This document shows positions 58,893 through 64,000 of a DNA stretch of 64,000 bases, in pieces. The DNA is from Elusimicrobiota bacterium (GTDB lineage Bacteria > Elusimicrobiota > Elusimicrobia > UBA1565 > JACRDR01). The notes under the pieces were generated by a model. That model was not told the DNA's origin, searched no databases, and saw only the letters and a program-made list of their open reading frames with translations. Position 1 is the stretch's first letter. The number at the start of each line of letters is the position of its first letter. The position numbers were made by a program, and so were the translations under genes. Location: NCBI GenBank assembly GCA_016194745.1, contig JACQBA010000013.1:64822-128821 (forward strand), read 5' to 3'.

Positions 58893-60278
58893 ATGCGAAC
58901 CATGCGCGTCGCGATCGTCGGTTCCGGTCCCTCGGGCTTCTATGCGGCGGAAGCGCTCCTCAAGCAGAACGAGGTGCCCGTCGAGATAGACATGTTCGAC
59001 CGCCTTCCGACGCCCTACGGCCTCGTGCGCGGCGGCGTCGCGCCGGACCACCAGAAGATCAAGGGAGTGATCGCCGTGTACGAGCGCCTGGCGCTGCTCC
59101 CCCACTTCCGGTTCTTCGGGAACGTGATGCTCGGGCGCGACGTCCAGGCCGACGGGCTGCGGGAGCTCTACGACCAGATCATCTACGCCGTCGGCAACGA
59201 GAGCGACCGCCACCTGGGGATCCCCGGCGAGGACCTGGCCGGCAGCCACTCGGCGACCGAATTCGTCGGCTGGTACAACGGGCATCCCGACCACCGCCAC
59301 CGGGAGTTCGACCTTTCCCAGGAGGACGTCGCCGTCATCGGCATCGGGAACGTGGCGATGGACGTGACCCGCATCCTCGCCGAGGACCCGGACGCGCTCG
59401 CCAAGACCGACATCGCGGACTACGCGCTCGCCGCGCTGCGGAAAAGCCGCGTCAAGACGATCCATCTGCTCGGCCGGCGCGGGCCCGCCCAGGCGGCCTT
59501 CTCGCCCGCGGAGATCCGGGAGATCGGCGAATTGTCCTGCACCGATCTCGTGGTGCGTCCCGATGAGGTGCGCATCGACGAGGTCTCGGCCGCCGATTAC
59601 GCCGATCCCGAGAACAAGAAGAACGTCGATTACCTCCAAGTGGTCGCCACGCGGGGCGAGGGCACGCGCGGCCGCAAAGTGCGCCTGCGCTTCCTCACTG
59701 CGCCGACCGAGCTGCACGCGGAGGGCGGACGCGTCAGCGCGCTCTCCATGGAGCTCAACCGGCTCGACAAGAACGAGAAGGGCATGGTCGTCGCCAAGGG
59801 CACCGGCAAGCACGAGCGGCTCAAGGCCGGCCTCGTCTTCCGGTCGATCGGCTACCGCGGCATCCCCATCCCAGGCGTGCCGTTCGACGACAAGGCCGGC
59901 AAGATTCCGAACGTCCAAGGACGGGTCACGGACGCGTCGGGGAAGACGACGCCCGCCGAGTACGTCGTCGGCTGGGCCAAGCGCGGCCCGAGCGGCCTCA
60001 TCGGGACGAACCGCGCGGACTCGGTGGCTACGGTGCAGGCCCTGCTCGCGGACGCCAAAGGCGGCATCGCCCTCACCCACGACGAGCGGGAGCCCGACGC
60101 GATGGAACGGCGTCTCAAAGATGCAGGCGTGCGGTTCCTCACGTTCCAGGACTGGAAGCGGCTGGACAAGCTGGAACTGGAGCGCGGCGCGGTCTCGGGA
60201 AAGATCCGCGAGAAGTTCACGACCGTGCCCGAGATGCTCGCCGCGCTGGACAAGAACGCCGCCGCGGCCGACCGATAG
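58893..60278 (+). CDS. fprA: NADPH:ferredoxin (adrenodoxin-type) reductase FprA
   Basis: Full-length match to FprA: VAIVGSGPSGFYAA, FFGNV, IIYAVG, FVGWYN, VIGIGNVAMDV and YVVGWAKRGPSGLIGTN. Confidence 0.85.
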   Translation: MRTMRVAIVGSGPSGFYAAEALLKQNEVPVEIDMFDRLPTPYGLVRGGVAPDHQKIKGVIAVYERLALLPHFRFFGNVMLGRDVQADGLRELYDQIIYAVGNESDRHLGIPGEDLAGSHSATEFVGWYNGHPDHRHREFDLSQEDVAVIGIGNVAMDVTRILAEDPDALAKTDIADYALAALRKSRVKTIHLLGRRGPAQAAFSPAEIREIGELSCTDLVVRPDEVRIDEVSAADYADPENKKNVDYLQVVATRGEGTRGRKVRLRFLTAPTELHAEGGRVSALSMELNRLDKNEKGMVVAKGTGKHERLKAGLVFRSIGYRGIPIPGVPFDDKAGKIPNVQGRVTDASGKTTPAEYVVGWAKRGPSGLIGTNRADSVATVQALLADAKGGIALTHDEREPDAMERRLKDAGVRFLTFQDWKRLDKLELERGAVSGKIREKFTTVPEMLAALDKNAAAADR

Positions 60279-60288
60279 CGCCGGGGTC

Positions 60289-61155
60289 CTAGGACGCCCG
60301 GCCGAGCTGCTCCGCCGCCGCGCGCAGGCCGTAGATCCAGCGCGCGCCCATCGCGACGAAGACCTTCAACTCCTCGGGGCCGAACGTCCTGCTCGAGCAG
60401 ACCCGGACGTGCCGCCCTTCGACGTGCACGAAGACCTCGCGATCCTCGCTCCTCAGGTTGAACAGGGGCCCCAGGATGGCGAAGGCCTCCTTGCCGAAGA
60501 GCTTGAAGGCGAAGTCCTTCGGCGAGCAGCGGATCGCGAAGCGCACCTCCTGCCCCGGCAGCCCGGTGATGAGCTGGCTGTGCTCCAAGAAGCGCGTGAA
60601 GCGTCCCTGCCCGTCGCGATGGTGGATCACCAGCTCGATGGGCAGCTCCTTAGGGACCTCGCCGAGCAGGATGATCCCGTACTCGTCCTCGTCTTCCTGG
60701 ACGTACTGAAGAGCGACGGTGAACACCGGAGGCGCGTTCGGATTCGGAGGGACCGGGCGAACTATCGGCTCCGCGCCCCACAGCGCCACAAATCCCGGCC
60801 ACTTCCCGCCCGAGGGCGTCATCCCCGGGATGGAGCCCGTGACGGGGAAGACGTTGGGGATGCGCTGCAGTCGCAGCCCGAGCTCTGGGAGCGGGATCGG
60901 GCCGATCGCCTTGCACACTTCCTCGAGGCTTCCCCGCACGTTCCAGTGGTAGAGAGCGGACGCGATCACGAGCGCAAGGATATACGCGTACCACGGCAGG
61001 TCGTAGTACCGGTCGATGCCGATGAAGAGCACGACGCCCGAGGCTTCGACCGCGTGCCGCCGCCACCGGCGCCCGCCCCAGCGGCGCACGACCGCCCACG
61101 CCGCGATCGCGGCGAGACTGATCAGGAAAAGCGGAAGCGCCTTATACTCGGGCAA
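60289..61155 (-). CDS. membrane-anchored hypothetical protein
   Basis: 288 aa with two N-terminal TM helices (LPLFLISLAAIAAWAVV and YAYILALVIASALY), then a soluble domain. It overlaps ftcD by 14 nt. Confidence 0.5.
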   Translation of the reverse strand: MPEYKALPLFLISLAAIAAWAVVRRWGGRRWRRHAVEASGVVLFIGIDRYYDLPWYAYILALVIASALYHWNVRGSLEEVCKAIGPIPLPELGLRLQRIPNVFPVTGSIPGMTPSGGKWPGFVALWGAEPIVRPVPPNPNAPPVFTVALQYVQEDEDEYGIILLGEVPKELPIELVIHHRDGQGRFTRFLEHSQLITGLPGQEVRFAIRCSPKDFAFKLFGKEAFAILGPLFNLRSEDREVFVHVEGRHVRVCSSRTFGPEELKVFVAMGARWIYGLRAAAEQLGRAS

Positions 61156-62614
61156 GGATGGCCGCGAGGTCGTCTTCCAGACGCTTGGCCAGCGCCGGGT
61201 CCTTGATCGAACCGAGGTTGATGCGGACGTTCTCCGCCGCGCAGAGCGCCGCCGCCCGCGCGAGGTGCAGGGCGCAGTTCACGTCCGAGCCCACGGTGCC
61301 GAGCGCGAGCGGAGCCGTCTCCTTGAGGCGGGCGTGGACCGCGGACGACAGGCGCGCCGTCTCGAGCGGCACCCGCGCGGCCTCCTCGACCGCCTTGGCG
61401 ATCTTCGAGGCGCGGCCCGGGTCCTCCTTGGGGATCTTCATCGCGTCCATGAATCCGTCGAACGCCGCCGCGTCCTCGGACGCCAGCGCGAGGAAGCGAT
61501 GCCGGTCGGCGCCGAAGCCTCGGTCGGCCTCCACGAGCGCGGGCCGCTTCGACTCCTCGAGCTTCTTGGACTTGAGGCTGATCCCCATCGCCATCTGCCC
61601 GAGGCCGCAGGCCATGGCGCCCGCGATCGCGGCGGCCGAGCCGCCGCCCGGCGTAGGGCCGACGTCTGCCAAGGCCTGGGACAAGGAGGCGCCCGCCTGC
61701 TTCCAGTCAAAGGCGAGCGCTTCGAGCTGCGTCTCCAGCACCTGCTTCGCCGGGTCGAAGTTGATGACCTTCAGCGCGTCGACCGCGTAGCCGACGAGCC
61801 CGTCCCTGGGGAGGAGCCCGACGATCTCGGTCGAGATCGGGTCCGAGCCGTGCGCGGCCGCTTCGCGACGGATCGCGTCATAGACTTTCGAGATCGGCGT
61901 CACGCGATAGTTGGTCAGCACGGTCGAGATCTGAATCTTCCCCGAGGAAAGCTGAATCTCCTTGGCCCGCAATTCGGGCAAGCCGCCGCCGGAGGTGCGG
62001 ATCGTCTTGGCGATCCCCTTTCCGACCTCGAGGTCGGTCAGATCGAGGTTCACGTTGAAGTTGATGATCTGCTCGCGCGCGCCGACCGCGGTCGCCCCGG
62101 CCGTCGGATGGATCTTGCGCGGGCCGAAGTCGGGGTCGCGCGCCGGGTCGGCGCCGATCGCGTCGCGCAGCCCCTCGAACTGCCCCTTGCGGACCGCCGC
62201 CAGGTCCTTGCGCTCGGGACGCGCCGCGGCGTAGCCGTACAGGAACACGGGAATCCCGAGCTCCGCGCCGATGCGCTCGCCGAGGCGCTTGGCCAGCGCC
62301 ACGCACTCCGCCAAGCCGACGCCGGAAACCGGGATGAACGGGATCACGTCGGAGGCGCCCATGCGCGGGTGCTCCCCCTTATGCTGCGTGAGATCGATGA
62401 GCTCCTTCGCCTTCGCCGCGGCGCGGTAGGCGGCCTCGACCGCCGCGTCCGGGGGCGCGACGAAGGTCAAGACCATCCGGTGATGGTCCCCGTCGGTCTC
62501 GACGTCCAGGATGCGCACGCCGGCGACGGCCCTGGCCGCCGCGACGATCGCTTCCACCTTGACCTTGTCCCGGCCTTCAGAGAAATTTGGAACGCATTCT
62601 ACGAGCTGGCTCAT
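61142..62614 (-). CDS. ftcD: bifunctional glutamate formimidoyltransferase / formimidoyltetrahydrofolate cyclodeaminase (fused FtcD)
   Basis: Start is at MSQLVECVPNFSEGR, the transferase N-terminal signature. KGEHPRMGASDVIPFIP is present. The C-terminal cyclodeaminase domain has PTPGGGSAAAIAGAMACGL. The upstream 119 codons of the track ORF are Arg-rich junk. Confidence 0.85.
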   Translation of the reverse strand: MSQLVECVPNFSEGRDKVKVEAIVAAARAVAGVRILDVETDGDHHRMVLTFVAPPDAAVEAAYRAAAKAKELIDLTQHKGEHPRMGASDVIPFIPVSGVGLAECVALAKRLGERIGAELGIPVFLYGYAAARPERKDLAAVRKGQFEGLRDAIGADPARDPDFGPRKIHPTAGATAVGAREQIINFNVNLDLTDLEVGKGIAKTIRTSGGGLPELRAKEIQLSSGKIQISTVLTNYRVTPISKVYDAIRREAAAHGSDPISTEIVGLLPRDGLVGYAVDALKVINFDPAKQVLETQLEALAFDWKQAGASLSQALADVGPTPGGGSAAAIAGAMACGLGQMAMGISLKSKKLEESKRPALVEADRGFGADRHRFLALASEDAAAFDGFMDAMKIPKEDPGRASKIAKAVEEAARVPLETARLSSAVHARLKETAPLALGTVGSDVNCALHLARAAALCAAENVRINLGSIKDPALAKRLEDDLAAILARV

Positions 62615-62865
62615 GGGGCTCCTCTTCGCTGGAATCTTCGGCGTTATTCTACAAAAGGGTGGGCAGGCGAGGCCTCCTTTAGATACGACAATCCAACGAC
62701 ATATCGATGTTTGGGTCTTGAAATTCGGACGTTCCCGTGTTATGCTCCCGGATAGGACCTTGGGGGGAGGGCCGCCGACGAAAACCCGCCTGCCGGGTCC
62801 CGTGAAGCCGGGGCCGGATTGGACGCCTACAACATCATTGGGCCGCGTCTCACACCAGGAACCTA

Positions 62866-63243
62866 ATGGCCGGAATACTCGTCGTCGAAGACGATGAAAT
62901 AATGGCGACGCTCCTCGGAGCGGAGCTTGAATCAAAAGGACACAGCGTCCGCCTCGCCTTCGACGCCACAAAGGCCGTCGTTATGGCGCAGGAACAGCGC
63001 CCGGACCTCATGCTTTTGGACTTCCGGCTTCCCACCGGCGACGGCTCCACGGTGTACGAGGTTCTGCACAAGAACTATCCGGACAACATGCCGCCCGTGA
63101 TTTTCATCAGCGCGATGGAACCGCTCAACATCGTGCCGAGCCTTCCGAAGGGACCCAGCATCCGCCTGCTGTTCAAGCCCATCGACATGAGGCGGCTTCA
63201 GGACGTGATGCGGGAACTCCTCTCCGCCAACAACGTCACCTGA
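62866..63243 (+). CDS. orphan single-domain response regulator (receiver)
   Basis: ILVVEDDEIMA, DLMLLDFRLPTGDG and IFISA are present. It is preceded by a ~250-nt leader with TTGAAA-N17-TATGCT at about 62708-62736. Confidence 0.8.
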   Translation: MAGILVVEDDEIMATLLGAELESKGHSVRLAFDATKAVVMAQEQRPDLMLLDFRLPTGDGSTVYEVLHKNYPDNMPPVIFISAMEPLNIVPSLPKGPSIRLLFKPIDMRRLQDVMRELLSANNVT

Positions 63244-63249
63244 GCGGCG

Positions 63250-64000
63250 CTACGCCGGCTTGATCACCAGCGTCCGCAGTTCCGTGAACTCCTCCATCGC
63301 ATAGCGCACGCCCTCGCGGCCGATGCCGGAATCCTTCGAGCCGCCGTACGGCATCGCGTCCGAACGGAACGCGGGGATATCGTTGATGATGATGCCGCCG
63401 ACCGGAAGCTCGCTCCACGCCCGGAAAATGGACCTGACGTCGTTCGTGAACACGCCGGCCTGCAGGCCGTAGCGTCCCTTCGCCATCCGCTCGAAAGCCT
63501 CGTCCACGGTGGCGACCTTCTCCAAGGTCGCCACCGGACCGAACGCCTCCTCGGTGGCGAGCTTGCACTGCTGCGGCGGGCTCTCGACGAGCGTGGGCGG
63601 AATGCGGTCGCCCATGCGCACGCCGCCGGCGAGCATCTTGCCTCCCCCCGAGACGGCCTCGTGGATCCACGCGTCGACGCGCTCGGCGGCCTTCTGGTCG
63701 ATGAGCGGCCCGATGTCCGTCTTCTCGTCCTTGGGATCGCCGGACACCAGCTCGGCGATGTTCTTGAGAAACAGATCCTTGAAGGGCGCGTAGACCTTCT
63801 CGTGCACGAGGACGCGCTGCACCGAGATGCACACTTGGCCGGAGTAGTAATAGGCGCCCCACGCCGCCCGCGCGGCAGCCCAGGGCACGTCGGCGTCGGC
63901 CGCGACGATCACGCTCGCATTGCCGCCGAGTTCCAGGACGCAGTGCTTCTTGCCCGCGATCGAGCGCAGGTGCCAGCCCACGTTCGCGCTGCCGGTGAAG
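63250..64000 (-). CDS. NAD(P)-dependent aldehyde dehydrogenase, C-terminal part (gene continues past window end)
   Basis: ALDH catalytic region ELGGNASVIV...YSGQVCISVQRVLV and EEAFGPV are present. The upstream part of the gene lies beyond 64000. Confidence 0.85.
   Translation of the reverse strand, partial: FTGSANVGWHLRSIAGKKHCVLELGGNASVIVAADADVPWAAARAAWGAYYYSGQVCISVQRVLVHEKVYAPFKDLFLKNIAELVSGDPKDEKTDIGPLIDQKAAERVDAWIHEAVSGGGKMLAGGVRMGDRIPPTLVESPPQQCKLATEEAFGPVATLEKVATVDEAFERMAKGRYGLQAGVFTNDVRSIFRAWSELPVGGIIINDIPAFRSDAMPYGGSKDSGIGREGVRYAMEEFTELRTLVIKPA

Overview
High-GC (~68-70 %) bacterial chromosomal segment, densely coded on both strands. It probably comes from a diderm organism: a Lol lipoprotein-export system and many signal-peptide proteins are present. 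I support about 50 protein-coding genes and found no rRNA, tRNA, CRISPR array, IS element or phage genes by eye. In gene order, the window contains: an MFS-like membrane protein; a 1988-aa membrane-anchored giant protein with two subtilisin domains, HEAT repeats and an HExxH motif; a minus-strand operon of AAA+ ATPase, zinc-ribbon tail-anchored protein, two small proteins and a calcineurin-like phosphoesterase; a receptor-topology Ser/Thr kinase with an 18-nt VNTR-encoded (GT)n linker; a GT-C-type membrane glycosyltransferase; smc; a cell-wall amidase; an hspR-clpB heat-shock operon; two peptidoglycan-recycling loci (namZ, two nagZ-like GH3 genes and a GHL10 hydrolase; and ndk, alpha/beta hydrolase, murQ, anmK, class-III aminotransferase, CE4 deacetylase); pckG; two tandem CheY-like regulators followed by a lysS carrying a ~130-aa N-terminal extension; lolCE and lolD separated by a secreted dioxygenase-like gene and a triplicated ~100-nt structured element; ilvE; mcsA-mcsB; fprA; a fused ftcD; an orphan receiver; and a partial aldehyde dehydrogenase. 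Several sigma70-type promoters (TTGACA-N17-TATAAT-like) and rho-independent terminators are easy to see against the GC-rich background. The most unusual item is the triplicated hairpin-containing element immediately upstream of lolD, a candidate tandem small-RNA or cis-regulatory array. Many long arginine-rich ORFs in the six-frame track are alternative-frame artefacts of GC-rich DNA and were rejected. Coordinates I derived myself may be off by 1-2 nt.
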